Assembly: GCF_001194135.2 (NCBI RefSeq)
Contig: NC_068983.1
Location: forward strand, 101,296,465 to 101,360,464
Direction: 5' to 3'
Origin: Octopus bimaculoides
Taxonomy: Eukaryota
Length of the DNA stretch: 64,000 bases
The stretch's first letter is position 1. The number at the start of each line of letters is the position of its first letter. A program made the translations under genes and the position numbers. Positions 13,556-27,825 of this stretch are shown piece by piece. The notes under the pieces are model-generated. The model saw only the letters and a list, made by a program, of their open reading frames with translations. It was not told the origin of the DNA and searched no databases.

Positions 13556-14737
13556 TAGTAGTATGCTTTCATAAAAAGTACCGAACAGTTTAGATTTGAA
13601 TAATTCTCTTTTTCTGCTACATCAATGTTGCTATTTTTTTGTCTTGGTTTTTAAAGTTTAGAACTAAATAGGTAGGTTTTTAAAAACTTTTTTTGTATCT
13701 TTAAACAAAATTATTGAGCTTTCATGACAAAAGAAATTTTAAAAGATGCAGAAGAAATTTAAAATCCTAAAGAGTAGACTTGAATTTGAAATATCTGAAT
13801 TTACAAAGCTGAATTTATTATGCTTAATTTTTTTATTTTTTTTATTTGTATCTCTGGAAAGTGTTAGCTAAGAAATGTGTAAGCTGTAAGAAACAATAAT
13901 CTATATAATGCCTACAGTATGAAGTTTATGTAAAATATATAAGAAATTCGTGTTTCTTTTTTTACTAAAAAAAATAGAATATATAATACATCTGTCAAAA
14001 TTGTAGTGATGTATGGTGACAAAATAACAAAATGTAAAGAAGAATCAGTTTGAGAAAAACATATTAACATTCCAACAATTTCTAAAGAAAGTTTGAATTG
14101 AAATGAACCTAAAAAAAGTAGTTAGATGCTTTGGATAGAATAAGAGATAAATGCCATGAAGTAATAGTGAGTTGACTAGGAAAGTACTGCAAGTTGCGAT
14201 AGAGAATACAGAGAGAAAGTCGACTGAAGAAGACTTTGGGTGAAAAAGAGTAAGTCTTAGAAAGCTGTTGAAAATTTGCTGATGTCATATTGGAAATATG
14301 TTGTAGTTTTAAGGACAGAGATTGTGGGAAATGTTATAGCAGCATAAGCAAATGTACATTAACTCTTTTGTTAACCATATTTCTGTTGAAATACACTGCC
14401 TTTATTTCAGTTGATTTTGAAAAGATGAAGAATTTAGTGAAATAATTTTGTTATTATTAAGCTGGTGTTTGAAACAAATTAATACAAAATTTTAATGTCC
14501 ACTTTCCCATGCTTGCAAGGATCAGATGGAATTTGTTAAGGTAGATTTTCTATGACCAGATGCCCTACTTGTCATCAACACTTACCTGTTTCCAAGTGAG
14601 GTAATATTTCCCCATGGCCAGACATGTTTTCACAGAAGATTAGAAACAAAGGAAACAGCATGCATGATAGTGACCCTCTTTTTACAGTTATCACATTAAC
14701 ACCATCCACCCATTTAGCCCCACACATATGTAAATGA

Positions 14738-14895
14738 TAGGCTTCTTTCAGTTTCTGTCTACAAAATCCAATCTTAAGGCTTTGGCTGGCCATGGGCTAT
14801 AGTGGAAGACAGTTGCCCAAGGTATCATGCAGTGGGACTGTATCTCGAACCCATGTAGTTGGGAAGCAAGTTTCTTACTACACAGCCATGTCTAT
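14738..14895 (-). mobile_element. tRNA-derived SINE, family B
   Basis: GGCTTCTTTCAGTTTC...GGGAAGCAAG..CTTACTACACAGCCA, matching the copies at 16830, 24960 and 39866. Confidence 0.75.
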
Positions 14896-16611
14896 GCCCC
14901 ATCACAGATAATTTGAAAGCATTTTAAAATAATTAAAGTTGCATATTAGAGATTAAAATGAAATGAATAGAACATGATGCATACAATGAAAATATTGATT
15001 TCTTTTCGCTAAGCACTACATTTGTAATGGAATCAGAGTGGAATGTTGTGTAACATTCATGACTATCTCATGAGTACAATTTACTAGTGAAAATGTCGGG
15101 AATGGAAGCTGCCCTGCCAAAATTATACCTCTTACACCGTACTATATTTTCCTAGTCATAACTTGCCATTTTTTAAAACAGGATACATTTGAAAACAATC
15201 TGAAATAAAATAGCAAGATATCACAGCTAGACTGCCTTTCATTACAGGTCTGAGCACGATCTGAGCTGATCTGGGGCTAAACAACTACAACATCTACAAG
15301 TCTATAGGGCTGTGTATAATCTCTATGTACCAGTTAACTTTTAGCCCTTAAGTATTCAGATTATTCTACCAAATATGATGCTTGTTTATTCACATTGCAT
15401 TGAATTAATCATGCATTATCTCATAGCTCTGAGATTTCTGCAAAGTGACTCTTTACTTTGGGAATAATATTGTAGGAAAGGGCAAGAGGCTGGATCTGAC
15501 TGGTTTTGAACAAAAAGGAGGTAAAATATTCAGGCCTGATATGGTTTTGAATGTTAAAGGGTTTTAAGTAGCTCTATTTGGTTAAAGAAGTCTAGAGACT
15601 CACTGATCTTTCAAAATCATTAATGATGTAGTAATCTATCTAAGTGGGTAATAGATCAAATCCTTGGCCACAAGGTTGCAAGTTATGATTTTGACTTATT
15701 TTGTCTGCTTTAGGGTATGTAACTGAAACCTTACTCTGCTTAATTGAGCAACCAAAAATAAAAAACAGACTTTTGATTCATCTGAGAATATGCCTGGCCA
15801 ATTTGGTCTGTGTTGAATTCAGTTGACATTCTCATTCTAACCCTTCCTATTTTTATTATAGCTATGCTATCATAATATTCAAATATTAGAAATAAAGATC
15901 ATAGTTTTAGGAATGGTATTTGGAAGTGCAAAAACAACCACTGATATAAAAGTAAAATTTAAATGTTTAGGAGAAAGGATTGCACATAACATTTAGAGTA
16001 GGATTTTAGTAGAGACGCAGTAATGATGGTAAGTATGCAATGGGAATTACTACAAGTAATTAAGAAATAGAAAGTGAATAAGATTTTGTTTTATTTTTAG
16101 GAGAAACTTAATGAAATAAATTATCAGTATTTAAAATGTAATATCTTATCATCAGTATTTCAAATGTTGGTGCAGGTATTGCTATATGATTAAGAAGTTT
16201 GCTTCACAACCATGTTGAAACAGGGTCAGTCCCATTGCATGGCACCTCGTGTAAGTTTGTTCTACTACAGCTTCAGGTTGACTAATGAATGAATTTAGTA
16301 GACAAAAACCTGGTTTGCATATATGTGTGCTGTTTGTGTACATGTGTGTGGGTGTATGCATCTTTGTGTATGTCCCTTACATCTTGATAACAGTTTGGTA
16401 AAAAGAAACGAATAGAATAAATACCAGTCTTGAAGCATGCATTGGAATTGATCTGATTGACTAAATCCTTGAGGCCTTTGCCTTAACATCTTCACAGTCC
16501 AATGACTGAGACCAATGAGAGTAAAAGAATATAATTCTCATTACAAAAGAATTGTGCTTTGGATGAATTTCTGTTAAGAAAAATTTTCTTCTTAAACTGC
16601 TGTGAACAATC

Positions 16612-16978
16612 TTTTACTTGTTTCAGTTATTAGATTGGGGCCATGCTGGAGCACCACCTTGAAGAATTTTTAGTTGCATAGATTGACAACAGTACTTTTT
16701 TTTTTTTAAGCCTGGTACTTATTTTATCAGTTTCTTTTGTTGAACTGCCAAGTTATGGGGATGTAAACACACCAAAACTAGTTGTTAAGTAGTGGTGGGG
16801 GATAAACATAGACACAAAGACACACACACGATGGGCTTCTTTCAGTTTCTGTCTACCAAATCCACTCACAAGGCTTTGGTCAGCCCAAGGCTATAGTAGT
16901 AGACACTTTCCCTTGGTGGGACTGAACCTGGAATTATGTGGTTGGGAAGCAAGCTTCTTCCCACACACCTATGCCTAC
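16612..16978 (-). mobile_element. Composite SINE (family B head, family C tail)
   Basis: Reverse-complement match to the 13185 and 26825 copies. Confidence 0.75.
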
Positions 16979-17112
16979 AGATTGTTTTATGAAATAATTC
17001 TTTATATTTTATTTTATTTCCGTTAGTTGTTAACAGAAACATTAAAAAATGGCTATTCTACTTTTGCAATCAATACTGATCAAGTTCAATATATACTTCA
17101 GAATATATAAAT

Positions 17113-18851
17113 TGATGAGTGGTTAATAAGCACTACAGGGATACTGTTAGTAAGGTAAGGGTTGGCAATGAGTATAGGGAAGAATTCTGGGTAGAAGTAG
17201 GGGTTCACCAAGGATCAGCCCTCAGCCCCCTCTTATTCATCATAATCCTCCAGGCAATAACAGTGGAATTCAGGACAGGTTGCCCCTGGGAGCTCCTCTA
17301 TGCTGATGACCTTGCTCTCATAGAGGAATCACTACCAGAACTAGAGAAGATATTTCAGGTTGGAAGCAACGATTAGAATCGAAGGGCCTTAGAGTCAATG
17401 TTGCAAAAACCAAAGTCCTAGTAAGTAGAAAGGCGAACACACCCCAAACCCCTTCAGGTAGATGGCCCAGTTCGATTTGTAGAAAAGGTGTAGGTAGAAA
17501 CTCCATAAGATGTACCCAATGTAAGCTATGAATGCATAAGAAGGTTAACCAGGATGATAGCTTTTGTGTGTGGTAGATGGACAAGGGTAATAAATACTGC
17601 AGATGCTCAGAAAACAGATTCCATCACATACCAAGGGAAGAAACTAGAATTAGTTGATAGCTTCCGCTACCTAGGCGACCAAGTCTGTAGTGGGGGTGGA
17701 TGCTCAGAGAGCATTGCCACTAGAATAAGAATAGCCTGGGCAAAGTTTAGNNNNNNNNNNTGCCACTAGAATAAGAATAGCCTGGGCAAAGTTTAGAAAG
17801 CTCCTAACACTACTGCTAACAAAGGGCCTCTCACTCAGAATGAAAGGTAGATTGTATGATGCATGTGTACAAACTGCCATGCTACATGGCAGTGAAACAT
17901 AGGCCGTGACTGCTGAAGACATGCGTAGGCTTGAAAGAAATGAAGCTAGGATGATCAGCCGGATGTGTAATGTCAGTGTGCACATATGACAGTGTAAGCA
18001 CCCTAAGAGAAATGTTGGACATAAGAAGCATCAGATGTAGTGTACAAGAGAAACGACTGCACTGGTATGGTCATGGATGAGGAGAGCTGTGTGAAGAAGT
18101 GTCACTCCCTAACAGTGGAAGAAACCCATGGAAGAGGGAGACCCAGGAAGACATGGGATGAAGTGGTGAAGCATGACCTTTGAATGTTGGGCCTCACAGA
18201 GGCAATGACGAAAGACCAAGACCTCTGGAGATCTGCTGTGATTGAGAAGACCTGGCAAGTAAAGTGAGATCACAGCCACAGCCTATACCAGTGTCGCATA
18301 ACCAGCCCATTTAAAATGTACCTTTGAATTGTTAAGCGACATGCTGTGCTTGAGGAGACTTATTGAGTTAAGTAAAATCAAAATCAACATCAAAAATCAA
18401 ATCACAATCAAATGGAAATTGTAGTTGTGGCCGATGCCAGTGCTGCCTGACTGGTGGCACACAATAAGCACCATTCATGTGTAGATCATTGCCAGTGCTG
18501 CTTGACTGGCTCCCTGTGCCAGTGGCACGTAAAAAGCACCATCTGAACGTGGTCAATGCCAGCCTCCCCTCACCCTGACTGGCTCCGGTGCCAGTAGCAT
18601 GTAAAAAGCACCATCCAAACATGGCTGATGCCAGTGCCACCTAACTAGCTCCTGTGCCTGTGGAATGTAAAAAGCACCCACTACACTCTTGGAGTGGTTG
18701 GCACTAGGAAGGACATCCAGCTGTAGAAACATTGCCAGATCAGATTGGAGCCTGGTGAGGCCTCCTGGCTTGCCAGTCCCCAGTCAAACTGTCCAACCCA
18801 TGCTAGCATGGAAAACGGACGTTAAACGATGATGATGATGATGATGATGAT
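17113..18851 (+). mobile_element. 5'-truncated RTE-clade LINE (RT pseudogene, 3' UTR tandem repeats, (GAT)n tail)
   Basis: Encodes VGVHQGSALSPLLFIIIL...PWELLYADDLAL and FRYLGD...RIRIAWAKFRKL..LL...LSLRMKGRLYDACV..AMLHGSETW, with stops; ends GGACGTTAAAC(GAT)n. Confidence 0.92.
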
Positions 18852-19188
18852 ATAAACTATCATGTCTTTTCTGAGGTAGTTTTACCAACCAAAGAAAAAT
18901 TTCATTTGTTGTTTAGAGTGAAGACATTCTTGTTCATATTGAAATTAGCTAGGAAATAGTTATGGAACAATATTGTTTTGGTGAGGAAAGATTATAAATA
19001 TTCTTGTATTAAGATGAGTGAGATCAATTTTGCTAAAGATTTGAGGAATGGAATATGTCCAGAAAATTAAGAAGAACAGAGGCCATGAAGGTAACAGTTA
19101 AACAATAAAAAAGACACATCCTATTTCTAAGCTAAGCAATTCATAAAATCTTGATGATGAAGTCATTTTATGAAGAGATTTGTTGTTT

Positions 19189-19306
19189 TTCTGTGATGTC
19201 ATAAGGGATGATCCTTCTGTGATGTCATAAGGGATGATCCTTCTGTGATGTCATAAGGGATGATCCTTCTGTGATGTCATAAGGGATGATCCTTCTGTGA
19301 TGTCAT
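19189..19306. repeat. Perfect 26-bp minisatellite, 4 full units plus 14 bp (TTCTGTGATGTCATAAGGGATGATCC)
   Basis: Read directly; units identical, no spacers. Confidence 0.95.
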
Positions 19307-20139
19307 TAAAAAAACTTCAGTGTGATTGCAAAAGTCTTTTGCACAACAGGTTTTTTCGAGAAATTGTCGGTTAGTTAAAATTTAATTATATTGTAAAAAA
19401 TATTGTGTGCAATGTAACTAGAAGAATCACTTCAGCATTTGTTAACAAACTATTATGTTTTAAAATGTTATGTATTGTTGATCAATGATATTCCTTGCTA
19501 TCTTATTGCATTAAACATCATTAATAAGCATTTTATTGTTTTAAGTAATGAATTAGAATTATACATATTGCTGTTGTTGAATAAATGTTTTAGATTGTTA
19601 GAAATTTGCTCTGCAAAACAATAGAAGCCAATTTGATATTTTTGTTCTTATGATATGTGTGAGGATTTGATCTAGCTGGATTTCATTCAGCTTCCATGTC
19701 ATTTATCAGCTATAGAATTAATTTATACATCTTACTGCATGTTACATATTTAAATCTTTTTATGCTTTTGATCGTGTGAACTTCTTTAATGCTTTCTGAA
19801 TTCAGTTATTGTTTTGCATATGTCAGTAGATCTATAATCAAAGTATTTAAACCATAACTATCCTGTCTTATTCACATGTAGGTCAGCTTGGACTATATTA
19901 TCTAATAAGTCTTTCCTTTTTAAGTCAGTAGTGTGCAATTTGATTGAGGAGCAACTTGGTTGCTATTTCTGTTGTTTTCTGAGATTAGTATTAATAAGTA
20001 CAGTATTCATATGTATTTGTTTAATCAAATTTGTGCTTCCAGGTAACAGTTGATTTTTCTTCTGAATTTGCTAATTCTATCCCACAAGTTTTTAGTTACT
20101 TTAAATCAGTTTTCTGCATATAACCACTTTGAATCTTTC

Positions 20140-20690
20140 TCCTCAAATCTTACTCATCGATATGTGTATCCTTTGTTTATGATCTGAAGGGGTAGGGAAT
20201 CTGGATGATAAGAATTGATGAGGCCTGAGTCAAATGGTGTGAGACAAGAGTAAGGAGACTGCACATCTATACCCCAAAGGCTAGAGTGTGTTGGTGAGCA
20301 ACTCAATGCAAGATGGTATGGTGGCTTCTTTTCTGGATGGATGCATGTATGCATGAAAATACTTTTCCCAGATGTGGGAGCAGTATTCCATTGTGGGTTT
20401 CATTTGAACTCTATAACCAATTATCAGCTGCTGGGTGCTGAAGTATTTTCTGGTCTTAAAGAGGAAAACCAGTTTTGGGGAGGCAGTTTTTACTATGTTG
20501 AAGATGAAAGATCATGTGCAGCAACTTTTATTATTTTACTTGTGTATTATCTATGATTAGTGGGTGGCAGGTATAAGTGTTCCCTTAATATATGCAGTAA
20601 TTGTATCATTGTGTTGTTGAGGAGACTTCATTGAAGATTGAAATGGCCTTATTGGAGAATGCTTCTTTAGGTCTATTCATGGCTTTAGTC
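20140..20690 (-). mobile_element. Decayed LINE RT C-terminal fragment (CR1/Jockey group)
   Basis: Minus strand contains a frameshifted match to the YKAQIRPxMEYCSHIWG-type motif (CAAATGAAACCACAATGGAATACTGCTCCCACATCTGG). Confidence 0.55.
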
Positions 20691-20862
20691 TTTAATTAGA
20701 TTTTTATATTATGATTAACAAATAAAACTTTTACCATAAAAGTTTGATGTTGTTAGACAAAGGAAACTTTTTACAAATATTGAAACAGTGGAAACATTTT
20801 TTGTAAACATTTGATGTGTTATTGTTTGTAATGTATAATCTTTATTTTCTTTTTATGTTAAG

Positions 20863-21064
20863 ATTTCCCAAAACTCACATGCGCATGATGGATTTTGGAT
20901 TCAGTGGGCGAGAACACATTAGGAATCAACAGAGGTCTAAAAGCTGTGAACGTACTAACTGTAAAAATGATTTAGTAGGATTTGGATTAAATGAAGACTA
21001 TTTTGGAATTAATGACATCTTTAACAACATGCGTAGAATGATGGCTGGTATGAATCATTCTCTG
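20863..21064 (+). CDS. MLF: MLF exon (first identified): FPKTHMRMMDFG...NNMRRMMAGMNHSL
   Basis: Pyrimidine-rich acceptor ending TTAAG at 20862, donor GTAAGT at 21065, open frame throughout, in-frame ATGs at 20879/20885/20888. Confidence 0.8.
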
Positions 21065-24000
21065 GTAAGTAAATATTTGTTTTTCTTTTTTGAAATGAAA
21101 ACAGGATAATATTAGATAATGATTATTCTCATCACTAAAGGTGTGTAATTTTAATTAAAACGTCTTAGGTTATTACAAAGTGTGTTTAGTGTGGATGATT
21201 TCTTAACATAGAAAGTTGCTTGTATAATAAAAAAAGCTTGTTGTTTAAATTTGATTTTCTCTGTTAATTCAATAAGTCAATTTCCAAAAAATTAATGCAA
21301 ATTGATCCAAGTCCTCTAAAACACAAAGAAAATATATCTCTACTGTATTATTGATAAAAGTTTGGGTTTACTTTATTGATTTTTTTTTTTTTTATCTCTA
21401 AAAGGTTATCAATGTTATTTATAAAAATGTGCCTCCACTTAAATAGATACTGAATTAGAAACACTACATAAATTGGAACGCTTAGGTCTCTTGGGAACCT
21501 AAACTCTCTGCTTTTAAGTGAACTGACATTTCAAATCTAACAGTTTTACATAATTATCATGTAATTGTATCTGTATGTGTGAGACAGTCTCTTTGATGCA
21601 CATGAATACATACAGGTATATTTTTGTTGATATTTATGAAGTATACTTAATACAAACATATCTAGATCTATTGCTTGCATTTATCCAAATGTATGTGCTT
21701 TGAATGTTTCTTCCTGATAATCTTCTTAAGTGTTGCAGCCATATTTATTTAATTTGAGACATTTGTTTATCTCTTTCATGCCTAACATCCATTGTATGTT
21801 GCTTTGGTAAATGATCAATACATCTTGTATCTCTGGTATAAAATATCATTTTCCAATTACAATTAGTGATGTAATGGTGCCATTCCATCCTTTTTACCCA
21901 ATAACTAATGCTTGCACTCTTTTCTCAATTGTATTTCCTTTATTTTCACTATCATACTCTTACTACATCTCTGTTATACCCAGGGCTGTGAAGTCAAAAC
22001 AAAGAACTTTGACTCTGACTCCTCTACTATTGGCACTTCTGACTCTAACTCTTTACATAATTAAGTCATTGTGGTCTTCATATCTCATAAAGCATATGCA
22101 TACACTTGTACTTTGAGTAGGCCTATATGTTATAACTGTTTTATATCAAAAAATAAAGACTTTGTGAGTTGGAGTTGCTATAGTTTTACCGACTCTGACT
22201 ACCCCTTAATTGTTTCCAACTTCACCTCCACAACCCTGGATATACCCCACCCTGCTTAAACCTTCCATAATTTCATTTCTATCAACTTTTGCAACTACTT
22301 TTTAGTTTAACCATTCACTGCTGTGTCTTCATATTGTTTCACACTGTCATTCCTCACACAAGAATTTGTTTTGTTTTTTTCTTGAGAGCAATTACAACAA
22401 AATAAATGGCTGTACTTCAGGTGAAGATAGTACAAATCTAAGAAAACATATCTAGTACTGATGATATGTTAAATATGCATATGAGTGGAAAGCAATTAAA
22501 CTATGAAAATAAATGTCTCTGAAGTTATTCATGGAAATGTTTTATCTGCAGAGAATGTATGTGTATGTGATGCATTTCAATGTTGATGTAGTTTCTATAG
22601 CCAAATGCTATTCCTAATACCAACCACTATATGGAGTGCACTGGGTGCATTTTGTAGCACTAGCAATAGAGAGATTGTCATGTACTTGGCAAGACTAAAG
22701 AGTCCTCTACCATGTATTGTTTCCTTTCATTTGAAGTACATGTGACTAAGAAGATGGATAGAAGAGTGATGACAGAGAACAAAGGGGTGAAGGAAGAGAG
22801 AGTATGAGTATGACATAAGAACAGAATGATGAGGGTCAGAGTGGTGGTGGTGGTGGTGGTGGGGGTAATGAATGTCAATTGTTGAAAAGAAGATTAATGG
22901 GAGCATGATGGAGTAGGAGGTAGTGATAGAAGAGGTATGGGATCTTGTTCAAAACGGGGGCACCAGTATTTTCTTAATGAAACACTTTGAAACTTGGGAC
23001 ACTGGTAGAATGTGTCATATAAAACATCTTTTTCTCTTAGTCTTCTTAACAAAAAAACATACATCGCAAGTTATTTCATGTTAAAGTTGTCATATTTCTG
23101 TAATTTCAACCAATGACTGACGTCCATTCAACCGTAAAAATTAAGTGCTGACTACGTAAACAAACGAATCTCGGCAGTGATAAAATTATTATTTCCTTGT
23201 CAAAAAATGGCTGAAGCATATTGGCAGTAGCTAACAAACCTTTCTATTATAGGCACAAGGCATGGTTTTTGAGGGAAGGAGCAAGTCGGTTAGGGAAAAC
23301 GAACACACGTGTGTTGCCTCTGCAAAATGTCAGAAGTAATGGAGATTAAATACGCTTTACACCGCTTAAAGTGCCAAAGGAGTAACTTGTAAACAGCTGA
23401 ATACTTGTCAGTGATTGGTTGAAATTATTGAAATAAGACAATTTTTTACATGAAATAAATCCGAATACAAAAATTTTTTTCTGTTCTATAACACGAAATA
23501 GATAAGTATACAAAGTTTGAAAGTCTTTCGGTACCAAAAACACTACATAAAACATTAATGAAAACTGGTGCCCCCTCCCCCCGTTTTGAACAAGATCCGA
23601 GGTATGATGATAGAGGAATAGGAGTAATTAAGATGAGGGAGGGAGTGTGATAGTAGGAAGTAATGTGTGAAAGTGTGAATGATTAGTGGATAGCAGTAAC
23701 AATAGGGGATGATAAGAAAGAGCTAGTGATAGATAGCAATAGAGATGGACAATATTCAGAGAGAGCAGTGAGTGTCATAAAGTGACATATAGAAGAGAGG
23801 ATGATGGCAAGCAGTAAAGAAGAGTGTTACTGGATACAGAAAAGACTGATACTATTGTTCAGTACACAGGCATTGTAATGGGAAAGATTTAGTGATTCAG
23901 ATTGATGGTAGTGATGATGGAATTGAATATGGATAGATCTAATACCATTCCTCATATTCATTATATCAGACCTAGGTGCTATGATGTAGTGAGTTTGAGA

Positions 24001-24474
24001 GTGTAAACGACAGCCAAGAAGCTATCAAGGACTAAGGGCAACAGATGGAGACTAACAATAGTTTTGTGATTTACACACTCATGTCTTGATAACAATAATG
24101 GAAGGATAAATGTGATTGCACAAGTTCATCCTACAAATAGCTAAGTTAGTGAATTGAAATAGTTACAAGAAATGGAAACTGGGTCACGAAACTAAGTTTA
24201 CAAAGGTGCTTTACTTGATTTACACTTCTACTCTCAAGTAGAAGACATATGTGTAAAAGACGTATCTTTTATCTGTTACTTGTTTCAGTCATTAAACTGT
24301 GGCCATGCTGGGGCACCACCTTGAAGAATTTTTAGTTGAATGAATTGACTTCACTACATTTTTTTCTTTAAGCCTAGTACTTATTCTATCAGTCTCTTTT
24401 GCCAAACTGCTAAGTTACAAGGATGTAAACACACCAACACCAGTTGTCACATAGTGGAGCAGGACAAACACAAA

Positions 24475-24509
<35 letters not shown>

Positions 24510-24826
24510 CCCATCTAGAGTGAGAACCATGTGCTGTGGTGGCTTGGGATTCAGGGGCCCACAGCTATTTGGTGCCTTGCCAAAATATCTGAGGGATCTT
24601 CATGGAGTGTGAGTAGATGTTTTCAAGAAACAACTTGGCCTCCTGCTATCCAAGGTCCCGGATGAACCAATATCAAGACAGGGGATTTGGGTGGGCAGTG
24701 GCAGTGTCAGGCACACTCCTTCACCAGAAGCCAATCACAGAATTGGCCATTAAAGGGGTGATTACGCTGGTGGTGCCCCAGCATGGTCCAGTCTTAGGGC
24801 TGAAACATGTAAAAAAATAAAAGAAC

Positions 24827-24925
<99 letters not shown>

Positions 24926-27362
24926 CATCATCATCATCATCTTCATTTAATGTCCATTGTCCATGCTGGTATCTTTCAGTTTCCATCTATCAAATCCATT
25001 TACAAGGCTTTGGTTATCCTGAGGCTATAGTAGAAGACACTTGCCCAAAGTACCATGCAGTGGGACTAAACCTGGAACCATGTGGTTGGGGAGCAAACTT
25101 ATTACCATACAGGCATGTCTACGCTTGCATATGTATAAAATTTATGAACCATTATTATGTTGTTCAGAGAAACTTTGAAGAAAGGAAATACCTGTATAGT
25201 ATGTTTATACTATAAGGAGTTTTATATTACAGATTATATAAGAGTAAATACACTTACATTTGTCTGTATTAAGAGCATGCATTCAAACTGGAAAATATCA
25301 TACATCAGAACAGTGGTGTTTTGATCATTGAACAGAAAATAATGGGCATATTTATCAAATACAATGTGTAGAGGGTTAAGTAAGGTTCTCCGAATTTAAA
25401 GATCAATCAAATATCCTATGTAAGAGGGAGATAACAGTACAAGAAGAATTAATGTAGTTATTTGGAAAGATTGAGAATAAGTGATTAATGTGAATAAGAG
25501 AAGCAATATTTTGGAAATGCGAAGACAGGAGAAAGGTCAAATCTAATTTTAATGCTCTAGAATTTTCCTAGAAGTTGAATTACTTCTTAATAACAAACTG
25601 ACAGCTTCTTTCCTTCTTTTCTATTTTTCACCTTTCTTTTTATCTCTTTTTCCCTCTTTCCTATTCATTTTCTTTCTTTCTTTGCTTTTCTGTCTTCTTA
25701 CTGATTTTATACGAGTTTTGGAGTTTAGTAGTACAACATCAAATGAATATATGGTAGTATTTTTAAATGTCACAAAATTGTGTGAGTAAAGTTAAAAGAT
25801 GTGTTATTGGAATTAATAAATGTGTTATTTAGAATACATGTTTGAAATTTGTCTCAAGTAGAAAAGAAAGTCTATGTTGTGATTGAGGCAATAATGTTTT
25901 GCTGCAGTTTAATGTATTTGAACCCTTTAGCTTATTTATTCACACTGTTTCAAATCAATCATGCATTTTCTCATTGCTTTTGAATTTTGATGACATGATT
26001 GTACTTTTTAAACTGACATACTGGGATAAATATGAAGGGCTAGGTTTAGTTGGTTTTGACCTAAAACATGTAAAATATTTAGGCTGGATTTGGCCAGTTT
26101 CATGGCTAAAGAGTTAAACCCTTTTACCATGAAAATAATGACACTTTTTTACAAAATAGCATACCCAACTTTGTCAATACATTATCTTGGATAGTCAGAA
26201 ATTTCCCATCAAATTGCCCACAAAGACCTGTTTCTCTTGGTTTCATAATGTCTTCATTTTTATCTTTGCAAACATTGTCTTATTATTACAATACAAAAGG
26301 GTTTAGGTATTCTAGCTAGGTAGTATAATTTCATTACTTGCTGTGGGAGTAGTATAGATTGTTGAAACAGTCACTGTATAGGTTAGATATAATCATTAAT
26401 GCTGCTGCCAATTGTTTTAGCAATGCTGTGACACTTGCTAGCTGTAACAGAATTTTGTAGTTCAATATTGTTTCTGTATATGAAGCAGCTGCATTCTCTA
26501 TCATGAATTATGCCCTCATAACTGCTATATTAGAATTATACTGTTATACAGAGCTAGAATAATAATTTCTATAATACTTTCTCTAGAGTCCCCTGGCTTT
26601 CATCACATTTATTGCAAATGTTAAAAACAATTTGATATTAACAACTGCTAATATTTGCAGACATGAATATTTGAACAGTAGTAGTAGTGCTAACAATCTA
26701 TTGTATCCAAGCATATACCATGTATGTGTGTATGTGTGCATATATGTATGTATGAATGTGCATGTATATGTGTGTGTATTCTTATGTGTTTCATTTTACA
26801 TTTGTTTTTTTTCATCCTTGCATGTGTTGGATGTAGCACCTTGGGCAAGTTATTTTTACTATAGCCTTGGGCTGAGCAAAGCCTTGTGAGTGGATTTGGT
26901 AGACGGAAACTGAAAGAAGCCTGTTGAATATATGTATTTATATTTTGTGTGTGTCTGTGTTTGTCTGTGTTCCTTCCACTTGACAACTGGTTTAGGTATG
27001 TTTAAGTCCTCATAACTTAGCAGTTTGACAAAAGAGACTATTAGAATGAGTAGGCTTTTTAAAAATAAGTGCTGGGATCAATACAGTCAACTAAAAATTC
27101 TTCATGCGGTATCCTTGCATGGCTGCAATACAACGACTAAAACAAAAGATAAAATATAAAATATGTTGAGACTTTTTTTTTCAACCAAATGCTTTTCCTG
27201 TCTCTAGCATCTATCTGTTTTTCAAGTCTTATTCCATACAACTTCAAAAGCACAAAGCATAGTTTGTTGACTGGTGAGACTGATAACACAACGTGCTGTA
27301 CTTCTGTACAAATACACGTGTGCAAACACACACACAAACACACACAACAAATCTTCTTTCAG

Positions 27363-27418
<56 letters not shown>

Positions 27419-27779
27419 TATACATACAGTGAATGCACATGGCTCAATGGTTAGACTGTTGGGCTCACAATCATGAGGTAGTGAGTTTGATTCCAAAACT
27501 GGGCTGTGTGTTGTGTTCTTGAGTAAGACACTTTATTTCATGTTGCTCCAGTTCACTCAGCTGAAGAAATGAATTGTGACATCACTGGTGCCAAGCTGTA
27601 TTATTGGCCTTTGCCTTTCCCTTGGATAACATCAATGGCATGGAGTGGGGAGTGGGGAGCCTGTTATGCATGAGTGACTGTTAGTCTTCCATTAACAACC
27701 TTCCTCAGATTTGTGCCTCGGAGGGGAACTTTCTAGGTGCATCCCATGGTCATTCATGACCAAAGGGGGGTCTTCACCC

Positions 27780-27825
<46 letters not shown>

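Noticed and set aside
17715-17796. 36-bp direct repeat around a 10-N gap inside the RTE
   Set aside because: Identical sequence on both sides of a minimal gap is the signature of an unmerged contig overlap, not a biological duplication.
19189-19306. CRISPR-like reading of the 26-bp (and the 55138 21-bp) repeats
   Set aside because: Units are directly adjacent with no spacers, there are no cas genes, and the context is eukaryotic.
25258-25287. 30-nt minus-strand microexon candidate (FECMLLIQTN) with good splice sites
   Set aside because: Similar splice-site pairs occur by chance elsewhere (e.g. about 34517-34559, closed in all frames); no linked exons or homology.
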